IMG/VR virus record: IMGVR_UViG_2929656146_000003
Location: 1 to 64,000 of that record
Source of the DNA: a virus
Lineage: Duplodnaviria > Caudoviricetes
Strand: one strand, 5' to 3'
Length of the DNA: 64,000 bases
The notes beneath the pieces are model-generated. The model ran no database searches. It was not told where the DNA came from and saw only the letters and a program-made list of their open reading frames with translations. The first letter of the stretch is position 1. Each line of letters opens with the position of its first letter. The translations under genes and the position numbers were made by a program. Positions 36,218-45,425 of the stretch are shown here, piece by piece.

Positions 36218-38188
36218 TCACTCCTCGGCACCGGGCAGGTAGAACTGCTCGGCCTTGCCGGCCTTGCGTGACTGCACACCGTGGGTCTTCCACAGGTCGA
36301 GGGCCCGGCGGACGGTGTCCCGGCTACCGAACGGCCCCTCTTCGACCAGGCGTTCCTTCGTGGCGTAGCCCTCCTCCTCGCATAGCTGAAGGAAGACCCG
36401 GTACAGGTCGATCCACTCGTCTCGACCGACCATGGTGCCGTCCGGGTAGACGGGCGGCGGCGGACCAACCGGCCGGGCCGGGGCGGGCTTGAACAGGGAC
36501 GCCTGAACTCCGCCCCCGACGGGCCGGGTCTGCGCCGGGGCGGCGGCGTGCAGGTGCGCCACATCTGCGGCGATGTCCAGGTCCGTCACATACTCGGCCC
36601 GGCACTTCGGCGGATCCGTCAACGGCATCTCCGGGCAGCCGATGTAGAACTCGCCTGGTCGGGTGAGCTTCTCCGGCGTGAAGCCGTTGCTCTTGCAGCC
36701 CTGCCCGAAGATGAACACGCTGTGCCCGGCCTCGCCGACCCTGGTCGAGATGCGGTTCGCGTAGTTACCGCGGGCGTCGCTGGACCCGCCGAACACCTTC
36801 GCGGACGGCTGCTGCGTCGCGGACAGGAACATGATCCCCATCGAGCGGGCGATCGCCAGGGCGGACTCGTATGTCGTCGCGATGTCCTGCTCGGGCGGGC
36901 CCATCTCCGGGTCCAGCTTGCGGAGCTCCGCCTCCTGCTTGCGGAGTTCCTCGTCCTGCCGGATCAGCTCGGCGAGTTCGTCGGTCACGACGATCCATGC
37001 CGGGCCGTGGACGCCGGGGATCCACTTGCGGACGGGCTCGCGGCCGGCAGCCATCTCCCTCTTCGACAGCTCCTCCAGGTAGGCGCCACGGCGGTCGCAC
37101 TCCGCGCGGATGTACTGCAGGAGCTCGCGGGCCTCCTCGGCGGTTCGGGCGAGCCTGCGCATCTTCGGCTCCCACGGGCCGAGTTCCACGGCGCCAGGCT
37201 TCATATCGATGCCGAACAGCTCGACGTGCTTCTTCTTCAGCAGCTTCTTGATGATCAGGTTGATGATGCCGGACTTGCCCCAGTCCGATGCGCCGGCGAC
37301 GAGGGTGTGCCGGTACATGACGGTCAGCAGGACGGGCTGCCCGTACTCGGTCCAGCCGAGCCGGATCGGCTTGGTGATGTCGTCGGAGTCGTCGTCGGCG
37401 TACGGGATGACGCGGTCGTGGAACGGGCCGCCCGGGCCCCGGGGCGTCGACTGCTCTTCGGTGCTGCTGGACGCGGAGGCCTTCAGGGCGGCCTGGCCCC
37501 CCTGGTGCAGCTGGACGTCGACGGAGGCGTTGGCCTTCGCCGTGGCGCTGGCTTTCCCCGGCAGCGCCTTGTGGTCCTTGCGGTGCTGGATCAGCCACGG
37601 CACGTACACCGCGTACGCGGCGCCGGTGGTGACCGCTGCGGCGGTGAGGGAGACACCGCCAGGGCCGGTGCCGACAGCGGTGGCGACGTCGGCGAAGGTG
37701 AGCGTCAGGCCGGCTCCGGCCCGTGTCAGCATCTCGTCCTTCTTCTCTACCCCGGCGGCGGTGACCGCTGCACCCAGGACGGCAAGGCCGGCGTACGCGG
37801 CGGTTCCCCAGCCTCCGACACCGGCGAGGTACTGCCACCAGCCGAGACCGGTGACGGCGCCGACGGTCATGGCGGGGGCGAGCTCGACGCGGTACCGGAT
37901 GACGAGGGCGCTGGCCTGGTTGGCGACGGCCACGCAGGCGGCGAGGAACCGCCTGGGCAGGGCTGGCCGGGTCTTCTGGACGACGTAGACGGAGCCCTCG
38001 ACCACCGCCGTCGCGGGTGACGACGAGGCCCCAGTGGACTCGTCGTTTCCTGTTTCCGCAGGTCGCGGCTCTGCGATGGTCGTCGTCATCGGCATCGTCG
38101 GCGTGATCGTCGCGTTGTCCTGCCGCTGGGGTCGGGGGAGGAAGGGGAGGATCTGAGCCCCGTCGGCCGGGGGCAGGTACTGGGCCAC
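36218..38188 (-). CDS. traB: TraB-type FtsK/SpoIIIE conjugative DNA translocase
   Basis: N-terminal TM helices; Walker A 'HTLVAGASDWGKS'; 'GIDMKPGAVEL'; Walker B 'VVTDELAEL'; 'ARSMGI...ATQQP'; C-terminal wHTH-like region. Confidence 0.88.
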   Translation of the reverse strand: MAQYLPPADGAQILPFLPRPQRQDNATITPTMPMTTTIAEPRPAETGNDESTGASSSPATAVVEGSVYVVQKTRPALPRRFLAACVAVANQASALVIRYRVELAPAMTVGAVTGLGWWQYLAGVGGWGTAAYAGLAVLGAAVTAAGVEKKDEMLTRAGAGLTLTFADVATAVGTGPGGVSLTAAAVTTGAAYAVYVPWLIQHRKDHKALPGKASATAKANASVDVQLHQGGQAALKASASSSTEEQSTPRGPGGPFHDRVIPYADDDSDDITKPIRLGWTEYGQPVLLTVMYRHTLVAGASDWGKSGIINLIIKKLLKKKHVELFGIDMKPGAVELGPWEPKMRRLARTAEEARELLQYIRAECDRRGAYLEELSKREMAAGREPVRKWIPGVHGPAWIVVTDELAELIRQDEELRKQEAELRKLDPEMGPPEQDIATTYESALAIARSMGIMFLSATQQPSAKVFGGSSDARGNYANRISTRVGEAGHSVFIFGQGCKSNGFTPEKLTRPGEFYIGCPEMPLTDPPKCRAEYVTDLDIAADVAHLHAAAPAQTRPVGGGVQASLFKPAPARPVGPPPPVYPDGTMVGRDEWIDLYRVFLQLCEEEGYATKERLVEEGPFGSRDTVRRALDLWKTHGVQSRKAGKAEQFYLPGAEE

Positions 38189-38281
38189 GAGGGGCTCCTC
38201 TCGGTACTGGGATGGGGTGGTCTGAGTGCTCGCGGCGGCCGCCCAACCGCAGGGGTTGGGCGTCACCGGCAGGCCGTCAGA

Positions 38282-39649
38282 TCAGCCGTCCGTCCCGGTG
38301 ATCGGCCGGACGTTGTCGGACCCGAGCGCGGCAAGCTCGGGGTGCTCTCGCTCGATCTCCAGCCGGCGAGCGTTCGCGAACTGGCGGGACTTGGGGAGCT
38401 TCGCGGCCTTCAGGGCGGCCACCATCTCGGACTCCAGGGGGCGCCTTCCAAGGTCGGCGTAGAGCGCCTTGATGGCGTCTCGTGCGGCGTCCCGTGGCGC
38501 CGCCGTGGGGCGCCCTGAAGTGGTGGGCCGGGGCGCCTTCGTGGCGCTACGAGGGCGGGCGACGGGGCGCTTCTGGGGCGCTTCAGAAGCGGCATTGGTG
38601 GCGCTCTGACGGGCGCTGTCATAGCGCTCTCGGGGCGCCATAGCGTCGACTGCCGTGGCGCTCTGAGGGCGCTTCACAAGGTCGACGGTGGCGTCATGCG
38701 TGGCGCTCCCGTGGCGCCCCGAAGCCGCTGCCTGAGGCGCTTCCGTGGCGGGTGCGAGGGCGCTTTCGATGGCGCCCCGAATCACTGGTTGGGGCGCCAC
38801 GATGCCGGACGCCATGGCGCTTTCGGGGCGCTCTACGTAGATAGGCGGGAGCGCTTCCGTGGCGCCTTCATGGCAGTCGACGGTGGCGTCCTGAGGCGCC
38901 TCGATGGCGGCCTGTCCGTAGGCCTCGTGCAGCGCTGCGCCGATCGGCTTGCCAAGCTTGGCGAGCCTGATGGCGAGCTGCTCGGGCTTGGTGGCCTGCC
39001 TCTTCCATCCGCGTCCGTAGCGGATCCTGAGCGTGGTGCGGAAGACCTTCGACTCCTGTTCCATCAGGATCACTTCGGTGTAGGAGCGGATGTTCCACAT
39101 GCGCATGCGGCGCCACACGCGGTAGGTCGGCCACGGGGCGAGGAACCAGCGGGGCAGCGGCGGGTTCTCGTAGTAGGCGCCGCTGCTGATCTTCGCCATC
39201 CGGCCCACGGCGTGCCTGCCAGCCTCGACGATGAGGACGAACAGGATGGGCATGGTGGCGTGCATGCCTACGGCGATTTCGTCACCCCAGGAAGCGGCGA
39301 CGTTGAAGGCGATCGTGGCGCCGGTGAGACCCCAGGCCGCGTAGCGCAGTAGGGGGAACGGCATGCGGAAGAAGGTGAGGAGGAGGTCAAGGGCAAGGAG
39401 GGTACCGATGCCGACGTCGACGCCGAGGGGGAAGACGCGGGCGAAGTCGCCGAAGTCCTTCTTGATGGCGAGCCTGACAACGGCGTTGTAGGAGCCTGCG
39501 AAGCCGATGCCAGCGATGGAGATGGCGCCGGCAACGATGGCGCCGATGGTGGCTTTCTGCGGCTTGGTGAGCTCGCGCTTGGTGCGGGCGTCGAGGCCCA
39601 GCGCGGGAGTGGTGGTGAGCTCAGTCTCGGTGTTTGCGATCGGGTTCAC
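38282..39649 (-). CDS. DUF2637 membrane protein (Spd/transfer-accessory type)
   Basis: 'IGFAGSYNAV', 'FPLGVD', 'TIAFN', 'GMHATMP', 'RWFLAPWPTYRVWRRM'; directly upstream of TraB. Confidence 0.82.
   Translation of the reverse strand: MNPIANTETELTTTPALGLDARTKRELTKPQKATIGAIVAGAISIAGIGFAGSYNAVVRLAIKKDFGDFARVFPLGVDVGIGTLLALDLLLTFFRMPFPLLRYAAWGLTGATIAFNVAASWGDEIAVGMHATMPILFVLIVEAGRHAVGRMAKISSGAYYENPPLPRWFLAPWPTYRVWRRMRMWNIRSYTEVILMEQESKVFRTTLRIRYGRGWKRQATKPEQLAIRLAKLGKPIGAALHEAYGQAAIEAPQDATVDCHEGATEALPPIYVERPESAMASGIVAPQPVIRGAIESALAPATEAPQAAASGRHGSATHDATVDLVKRPQSATAVDAMAPRERYDSARQSATNAASEAPQKRPVARPRSATKAPRPTTSGRPTAAPRDAARDAIKALYADLGRRPLESEMVAALKAAKLPKSRQFANARRLEIEREHPELAALGSDNVRPITGTDG
38440..38900 (+). 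repeat. Dense polar GGCGCY hexamer array inside the DUF2637 gene (candidate clt/TraB recognition locus)
   Basis: About 22 GGCGCY copies in about 460 bp by hand count, in all three codon phases. Confidence 0.7.
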
Positions 39650-39668
39650 GTCTGGGCTCCTTCCTGGG

Positions 39669-40004
39669 TTAGCGAGTGGTCGGTGAGTGGTTGGGGGCGA
39701 TGTGGTGGGCGCTGGTGGTGAGTACCCACAGTGCTGCGGTGGCGAGCGCGCGGAGTGTGGCGGCGAGGGTAAGGAGGCTGCCGGCCGCGATCGCGCGGAG
39801 GGTGTGGTGGTGGCCGGCGATGAGCTGCGGAAGGTCGAGGCGCAGGGCGGTGCCCGCGAGGGCGAGCACCGCGTACTGGGCGAGGATCGCGGTGGTGACT
39901 GCGGCGAGGGCGGGGGCGGGGAGCAGGGTGGCGGCGAGCACCGCGAGCGCTAGGGCGGTGGTGGTGAGGGCCTGCTGCTCGGCCGGGGCGGCGGTGCGGG
40001 CCAC
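39669..40004 (-). CDS. Small hydrophobic membrane protein (Spd-like context)
   Basis: Ala/Leu-rich TM segments; GAGAGGAG RBS. Confidence 0.65.
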   Translation of the reverse strand: MARTAAPAEQQALTTTALALAVLAATLLPAPALAAVTTAILAQYAVLALAGTALRLDLPQLIAGHHHTLRAIAAGSLLTLAATLRALATAALWVLTTSAHHIAPNHSPTTR

Positions 40005-40050
40005 GACGGTCTCCTCTCTGGGTTAGGCGGGTGGGTCCGGGGCTCGGCTC

Positions 40051-40281
40051 CTACTTCGGGGTGACGACGAGGTCGAGCACGTTCCCGGGCACCTTCAGCA
40101 GGGTGGCGAGGTCGGCAGCGAGCGAGCCCAGGGTGTGCGGGATGTCGACCCTGGTGACGATCTGCTTCTGGTTGATGCCGGTGCCTGCGCTGTCGCGCAG
40201 CTCGGTGATGAGGGTGACGGCGTAGTTGCCCGGCGGAACCTGGGTACCGGCTCCGTTGCGGCTGATCGACATGGTGGTCAT
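40051..40281 (-). CDS. Hypothetical protein (76 aa)
   Basis: AAAGGA RBS; co-oriented in the transfer arm. Confidence 0.65.
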   Translation of the reverse strand: MTTMSISRNGAGTQVPPGNYAVTLITELRDSAGTGINQKQIVTRVDIPHTLGSLAADLATLLKVPGNVLDLVVTPK

Positions 40282-40296
40282 GGCGTGGTCGTCCTT

Positions 40297-40830
40297 TCAG
40301 GTGGTGGCTGCGGTGCGCAGCAGGTTGTGGATGTCGGCCTTCGTGCGGCCGGGCTCGTCGTTCCAGGTGTCGACCGGGATCGGGTGGCCGGCGCGGCCGA
40401 GGGCGTTGCCGATGAGGAGGCGGGCTTGCCAGGCGGTGGCGGGGGTGCCGTATCCGTGGGCGAGGACCTGGAGGTGGGCGCCGAGGACGCACACGGCGCC
40501 GGTGGCGTCCCAGAGGCCGCCCTGGGTCCAGCCGTGCTGGGTGATGTAGCGGTCCATCAGCTGCAGGTGCTCTCTCGCGGTGACTTGGATGGTGGGAGCC
40601 GGGCGACGGAGGATCCGGTCGGTGAGGGTGCGGGCGGGTTGGGGGTGGCCGGCCCACCAGGGCGGGGTGGTGCTGCCGTGGGCCGGGATGTGCACCGTTG
40701 GGGCGGTGCGCAGCGGGGTGGGTCCGCCGGTGGGGATGACGGTTTTGAGGTAGGCCTCGATCTCGGCGACCAGGAGGGGGCCGTACAGGTCCACGTCCAG
40801 GTCGAGCGGGGTGGTGATGGTGGCGGGCAT
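40297..40830 (-). CDS. DUF6197-like protein
   Basis: 'HGWTQGGLWDATGAVCVLGA...WNDEPGRTKADI'. Confidence 0.7.
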   Translation of the reverse strand: MPATITTPLDLDVDLYGPLLVAEIEAYLKTVIPTGGPTPLRTAPTVHIPAHGSTTPPWWAGHPQPARTLTDRILRRPAPTIQVTAREHLQLMDRYITQHGWTQGGLWDATGAVCVLGAHLQVLAHGYGTPATAWQARLLIGNALGRAGHPIPVDTWNDEPGRTKADIHNLLRTAATT

Positions 40831-41137
40831 CTTGGGGGTTCTCCTCTCCTGGTCAGCGAGCGTGCGATGGGTGCGGTCCGTGCGAGTGATGCGATACCGT
40901 GCACGGCCCGCCGGGAGGTCAGGCCCGGTGCCGGCCGCATCGCGACAGTGCGGCCGAGCCGTAGCCGACGCCGGAGGTGACGACGCACAGGCAGGCATCG
41001 CAGACGGCTCCGGGGATGGGCAGGCTCTCGGTGGCGTGCGCGACCCGCATCGGCTGGCCGCAGCAGGTGAGGTTGTCGTAGGCCTCGGGGGTGAGTGATG
41101 CGCCGTCGGCGAGCTGCGTGAGTGGGGTGGCTATGGC

Positions 41138-41311
41138 TCAGTCCTCCAGGTCGGTGGGGTACTCGCCGAGGCGGGCGGTCTCGGCGAGCGAGCGGTGTTC
41201 TTGTGCCTGTGCGAGGCACTCGGTCCGGCCGGGGCCGTCGGCCTGGGCGGCGAGAAGCTTCAGGGCCGCGGCTTCCCTCAGGTGGTGGGCCACTGCGGCG
41301 GCGCGTTTCAT
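41138..41311 (-). CDS. Small hypothetical protein (57 aa), not in the ORF track
   Basis: MKRAAAVAHHLREAAAL...EYPTDLED after a purine-rich leader. Confidence 0.55.
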   Translation of the reverse strand: MKRAAAVAHHLREAAALKLLAAQADGPGRTECLAQAQEHRSLAETARLGEYPTDLED

Positions 41312-41367
41312 GTCGATGTCCCCCTGCTCCGGTGCGGTGTGTGTGAGGGTGCGGGCCTTGGCGTGGG

Positions 41368-41640
41368 CTAGAGCGCGGCGCGCAGGTCTGCGAGGGCCTG
41401 GTCGGCGGCCCGCTGGCTGGGGGTCAGGATGCTGCGCGCGGCGCCGTGGATCGTGGCGGGCAGCAGGGCGCGGATGTCGCGCTCGTTGACGCCGGCTGCG
41501 ATCGCGGCCTTGTAGGCCTCGCAGGCGTCGGCGACGGACTGGCTGTAGGTGGCGTCGGCCGCGGCGTCGGCCCGGTAGGCGGACTCGCTGCGGGCGACAG
41601 CGTCGACAACGGTTCGGATGAGGTGCTGCTGGCTGGCCAT
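41368..41640 (-). CDS. Hypothetical protein
   Basis: AGGAGG RBS. Confidence 0.7.
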   Translation of the reverse strand: MASQQHLIRTVVDAVARSESAYRADAAADATYSQSVADACEAYKAAIAAGVNERDIRALLPATIHGAARSILTPSQRAADQALADLRAAL

Positions 41641-41695
41641 GGTTCCTCCTGGGAGTGAGGCGGCGGGCTGGGCGCGGGGCTCTCCTGGTCGGCGT

Positions 41696-42154
41696 TCAGG
41701 CCGCGCGGAGCAGCTCGCGGGTGGCCGGGTACATGTCGAGCTGCGCGGCCAGGTAGCGCTGGGCGACGTCGTCCTGGATGCCGGCGCTGGCGGCTGCGAC
41801 GCGGTCGTGGAGGTCGGAGCTGAACCGGGCGGAGAGCTCCTCGTCGTGGCGGTGCTGGTCGGCGCCGGTCCACTGCGGGGTGTCGGTGAGCGGGCCGTGA
41901 GCGGACCAGATCTGCCAGGACGGGGTCTGGCCGGCCATCAGCTGGCCCGTGTAGACGCCCCACTTGGCTTTGCGGTCGAACTGGTAGTCGCCGTGGACGA
42001 GGCCCCCGCTTCCGGAGCTTCCGATCGGGGCGATTGTGTAGTAGGTGACGCCGAGCTTGGCGACGGTGTTGACCCACTGGTCGTGTTCGCGGCGGGCCTC
42101 GGCGGCGTAGCGCTGGCTGCGGGCACTGTCGATGGCGCGGTTGAGGAGCCTCAT
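41696..42154 (-). CDS. Hypothetical protein
   Basis: ATG at 42154 after AAGAAGGG; high GC3. Confidence 0.7.
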   Translation of the reverse strand: MRLLNRAIDSARSQRYAAEARREHDQWVNTVAKLGVTYYTIAPIGSSGSGGLVHGDYQFDRKAKWGVYTGQLMAGQTPSWQIWSAHGPLTDTPQWTGADQHRHDEELSARFSSDLHDRVAAASAGIQDDVAQRYLAAQLDMYPATRELLRAA

Positions 42155-42249
42155 ACTGAGGTTGCCCTTCTTGCTCGTTGGCGGGTGGTGGGGTGTCCGG
42201 GGCGGCCGGCTGTGCTTGGCGGCTGATGGCGGCCGCCCCGGGGGCGGGG

Positions 42250-42483
42250 CTAGGAAACGTGCTCGGAGGCGTCGGACTTGGCTTGGGCGACTGCGGCATA
42301 CCAGTTGGCCTGGTCGTTGAACAGACGCTTGCCGGGATCGCTGGCGTTGTTCCAAGTGCAGGTGCAGAACGCCTCGATGGTGTTGCCGTCGGGGCAGGCT
42401 GTCTCGGTGACCACCGCGGTGTGCTGACCGTTGCGGAACGCGGCGATGTCACCGCGGCCTGGGTAGATTTCGTGGGGAAGCAC
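42250..42483 (-). CDS. Hypothetical protein with CxC...H motif
   Basis: AAGGAGG RBS. Confidence 0.65.
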   Translation of the reverse strand: MLPHEIYPGRGDIAAFRNGQHTAVVTETACPDGNTIEAFCTCTWNNASDPGKRLFNDQANWYAAVAQAKSDASEHVS

Positions 42484-42526
42484 TGCTTTGGCCTCCTTGC
42501 GGCCAGGTCTGGGCTGGGTTGCGTGG

Positions 42527-42826
42527 TCAGGACCAGTGCCAGACCGAGCGGGTGCGGGCCGCCTCTGCGGCGGCTGCGCCGAGTTCGTAGCAGGCCTGCT
42601 GCCATGTCGGTGAGGCGAACGGGGTGAGGGCCTTGAACGCGGCGCCCATGCGCGCGGCCTGGTCGGGCTGGATGTCGAAGGTGTCTCCGCTGCCCCGGTT
42701 GAACAGTGGGCTGATGGCGGCCCAGTCGCTTCGTGGGGCGATCTGCTTCAGGTACTCGCCGAGTTCGGTGTGCGCACTGTAGGAGCGGGTCCCGCCGGTC
42801 TGGTTGTGGTCCCAGGACCAGCCCAT
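42527..42826 (-). CDS. Hypothetical protein
   Basis: Coupled ORF, 'MGWSW...WHWS'. Confidence 0.7.
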   Translation of the reverse strand: MGWSWDHNQTGGTRSYSAHTELGEYLKQIAPRSDWAAISPLFNRGSGDTFDIQPDQAARMGAAFKALTPFASPTWQQACYELGAAAAEAARTRSVWHWS

Positions 42827-43029
42827 CAGTTCTTCCGAAGCTGTTCGGGCCGGTAGGTGCGCTCTCCGAGTACCGCCTCGACGAGTCGGTTGTCGATGCC
42901 CTTCACAGAGACCAGCTGGCCGACGTCATCGGTCTGGACCTGGACGACGGTGCCGGTGCGGCCGAGGGTCTTGGGGTTCTGCCCGTCGGTGTTGATCACG
43001 GTGACGCTGTCACCCTCACGAACGGCCAT
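42826..43029 (-). CDS. Small SH3/KOW-like beta-barrel protein
   Basis: 'VREGDSVTV...GRTGTVVQV...YRPEQL'. Confidence 0.6.
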   Translation of the reverse strand: MAVREGDSVTVINTDGQNPKTLGRTGTVVQVQTDDVGQLVSVKGIDNRLVEAVLGERTYRPEQLRKN

Positions 43030-43220
43030 CAGGCGGCAGCCCGGTAGACGTCGACGTAGCCAGCGGGCAGGTGGAGCTCCTGCGCGGCGAACGCGAGGAC
43101 CTCCGCGTCGGTGACCGCACCGTACGTGTGGACGGGCTTGAAGACCGGGCCGGCGAACTCGGGGTGCCGGACGATCAGGCGGGCGGGCTCGCCCAGGATC
43201 CGGTCGGTGAAGTTCTTCAT
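43029..43220 (-). CDS. Hypothetical protein (63 aa)
   Basis: AAGGGA RBS; coupled. Confidence 0.6.
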   Translation of the reverse strand: MKNFTDRILGEPARLIVRHPEFAGPVFKPVHTYGAVTDAEVLAFAAQELHLPAGYVDVYRAAA

Positions 43221-43235
43221 GATGTCCCTTCAGAA

Positions 43236-43382
43236 TCAGACGTAGAGGGCGTAGGCGATGCCGCTGAGGATGAGGATCACGAGGATCACTACGGGGATGA
43301 GAGCAGCCAGGCGGTGGGCCTCCTCCCTTGCGCTGTCCTGAGGGGTGATGAGGTATCGGAGGTAGCTGCCATCGCCGTCCAT
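43236..43382 (-). CDS. Small single-pass membrane protein (48 aa), not in the ORF track
   Basis: MDGDGSYLRY...LIPVVILVILILSGIAYALYV; AAAGG RBS. Confidence 0.6.
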   Translation of the reverse strand: MDGDGSYLRYLITPQDSAREEAHRLAALIPVVILVILILSGIAYALYV

Positions 43383-43393
43383 CAGGTTGCCTT

Positions 43394-43585
43394 TCACGCG
43401 GCGGCCGGGTAGCGGATGGTGTCCGCGCCGAGCCGGTAGAGGAGGGTCGTGGCCAGAGCCTCGGCCTCGTGCTCGGCAGCGTCGATGACGGCGTCGCGTT
43501 CGGCGGGGGTGGCGTCGGGGCGCAGTCGGCCGAGGGCGATCTGCATGCTGGCGATGCCGTCGCGCTGCTCCTGCAAGGTGGCCAT
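43394..43585 (-). CDS. Hypothetical protein (63 aa)
   Basis: AAAGGA RBS then MATLQEQ. Confidence 0.6.
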   Translation of the reverse strand: MATLQEQRDGIASMQIALGRLRPDATPAERDAVIDAAEHEAEALATTLLYRLGADTIRYPAAA

Positions 43586-43598
43586 CAGACGGTTCCTT

Positions 43599-43838
43599 TC
43601 AGAGTCGGGCGGCGGCCTCACGGACCGCCTGGACGGTGTCGTACGGGGAGTCCTCCAGCGCGAAGACCTCCGCGCTGGGCAGTGCGGCGAGCATGCGGGC
43701 CGCGTGGGTGACGCATCCGTTCGCGTTGATGTACGGGTTCCACTGGACGACATGGGCCACGACCGGGCCGTCACACGGGGGTTGTGCCTGCTTGCTGTGG
43801 TTCGCGGCGGACTGGGCGGCGTCGCAGTAGGCGCTCAC
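43599..43838 (-). CDS. Hypothetical Cys/His protein
   Basis: Coupled ORF. Confidence 0.55.
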   Translation of the reverse strand: MSAYCDAAQSAANHSKQAQPPCDGPVVAHVVQWNPYINANGCVTHAARMLAALPSAEVFALEDSPYDTVQAVREAAARL

Positions 43839-43980
43839 TCGGTGTCCTCGTCGAACGGTTCGGTGAGGATGTCGATGTACGGGGTTCCGTCTGCGGCGGT
43901 CATGAGCGACAGGAGCTCGATCAGGCCGGCGCTGTTGGGGTCGTCGATGTCGACGGGGACCGGGTCACCGTTGCCGGCCA

Positions 43981-44160
43981 TCAGACGATGTCCAGCGGGG
44001 TGCGGACCTGGGTGGCTTCGAGGTCGGTGATCTCCTGGACCTCCGCCCGGAACTGCTGGGCCAGGGTCTCGCGCAGGCCCTTGTCCTTGGCGGCGAGGAA
44101 CTGCCTTGCCGTGGTCCGGGCCTTCGTTTCGAGGGCGGCGATCTGCTCGTCGAGGGTCAC
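43981..44160 (-). CDS. Small coiled-coil protein
   Basis: AGGAGG RBS + GTG; TLDEQIAALETK... Confidence 0.6.
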   Translation of the reverse strand: MTLDEQIAALETKARTTARQFLAAKDKGLRETLAQQFRAEVQEITDLEATQVRTPLDIV

Positions 44161-44478
44161 TGCTTGTCCTCCTTCTTGATCGGGTCGATGGGCTTCCGCG
44201 GCCGCGGGATCCTGGGGATGACCGGCCGGTTGTCCCAGTCGGTCACTTCGTGGGCTGCGGGGGGAGGGGCGGGAGGGGCTGGTGGCCGTAGCCGCCGTTC
44301 GTGGAGTGGTCGCCGGCGCCGTCGGCGAAGGCACGGTCGTAGTGCATGGGGTCCTCCTTGCTGGGGGTGATGGTCCGCTGGCCGATCGGGGGAGCCCCGA
44401 ACGCCGGCGAGGGGCGGGACGGCTGCGGGCCGGGTTCAATGGGGTCGAGGCCGGGCCAGCCGTTGTGCGGGTCAGGCA

Positions 44479-44706
44479 TCAGGCGGCGTCCGCCAGGTCG
44501 TGCATCGCCTGGATCTTGGCCGCGACGACCGCGCGGGGGATGCGGATGGCACCGCCGCGACCGGCCTGGCCGCGGGACCACTGCTTGCCGTGGCGGATCG
44601 CTTCGAGCTCTCCGTCCTGCACCCAGCGGTAGATGGTGGGGATGCTGACCCGGAGCGCTTTCGCGACCTCCTTGACGGTCAGGACCGGTGGACTCTCGGG
44701 CAGCAT
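44479..44706 (-). CDS. Excisionase-like HTH (HTH_17) DNA-binding protein, first gene of the leftward arm
   Basis: 'LTVKEVAKALRVSIPTIYRWVQDGELEAIR...IRIP'; AAGGAGG RBS. Confidence 0.88.
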   Translation of the reverse strand: MLPESPPVLTVKEVAKALRVSIPTIYRWVQDGELEAIRHGKQWSRGQAGRGGAIRIPRAVVAAKIQAMHDLADAA

Positions 44707-44751
44707 GCTGAAGCCCTCCTTCCGAGGGGTTCCTCGTTGGCTGATGGACAC

Positions 44752-44791
44752 AACTATATAGGTTCTCTTGAGAAGCTGCAATGTTCTCAGG
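44752..44791 (-). promoter_or_regulatory. Leftward promoter/operator (TTGCAG-N17-TATAGT), copy 1 of a 40-bp element
   Basis: 34/40 identical to the reverse-oriented 47421..47460; AT-rich; GAGAA...TTCTC dyad. Confidence 0.8.
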
Positions 44792-44878
44792 CTGTGTTCG
44801 AGCTACCAGGGCCGCAACCTTGTGCCTTAACTTGAAAGGCGACAAGGTTTCCCGCTCTGTGCCAAAAGGAGGCGACTG

Positions 44879-45421
44879 ATGGCTGACGAAGGCCAGCTGG
44901 ACGCGTCGGCTGCCTACCTCCGAGCACCCACCAGCGGACACCGCGATGCATGGAGCGAGCTCGCACGCGCATCTGGGCGGCAGGGTGGTCAACGGCTGAT
45001 TGAAGTGGGTGAAGTCGAGGCGCCAGAAGGCGTCGCCTGCGCGCTCCGTTTGCCCGTAGGGGCGCTCGTCTCGATCCGGCGCAGGGTGATCACGCTTGAT
45101 GGCCGTGCAGTGGAAGTCGCAAGTTCCTACTACCCGGCCGACATAGCGGCGGGCACTCCGCTGGCGAGACCCGCACGCATTCGAGGCGGGGCTGTGGCGG
45201 TGTTGGCAGCCCTCGGGCACCAACCAGTGGTTGCTCACGAGGAAGTGGCGGCCAGGCCAGTGTCAGCAGCTGAGCTGGAGATCCTTGACGCGAACCCGTC
45301 TGACTGGGTCCTCGATCTCCTGCGAATTGCTCTGGATGTGACTGGGCGCCCTGTCGAGGTCTCTCTGATGACCATGCTGGCCGTTGGCCGGAAGCTCCAC
45401 TACACCGTCGAGATCGGCTGA
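44879..45421 (+). CDS. Stand-alone UTRA-domain protein (no HTH)
   Basis: 'VSIRRRVITLDGRAVEVASSYYP...RIRGG...GRPVEV'; paralog of the downstream GntR C-domain. Confidence 0.85.
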   Translation: MADEGQLDASAAYLRAPTSGHRDAWSELARASGRQGGQRLIEVGEVEAPEGVACALRLPVGALVSIRRRVITLDGRAVEVASSYYPADIAAGTPLARPARIRGGAVAVLAALGHQPVVAHEEVAARPVSAAELEILDANPSDWVLDLLRIALDVTGRPVEVSLMTMLAVGRKLHYTVEIG

Positions 45422-45425
45422 GATC

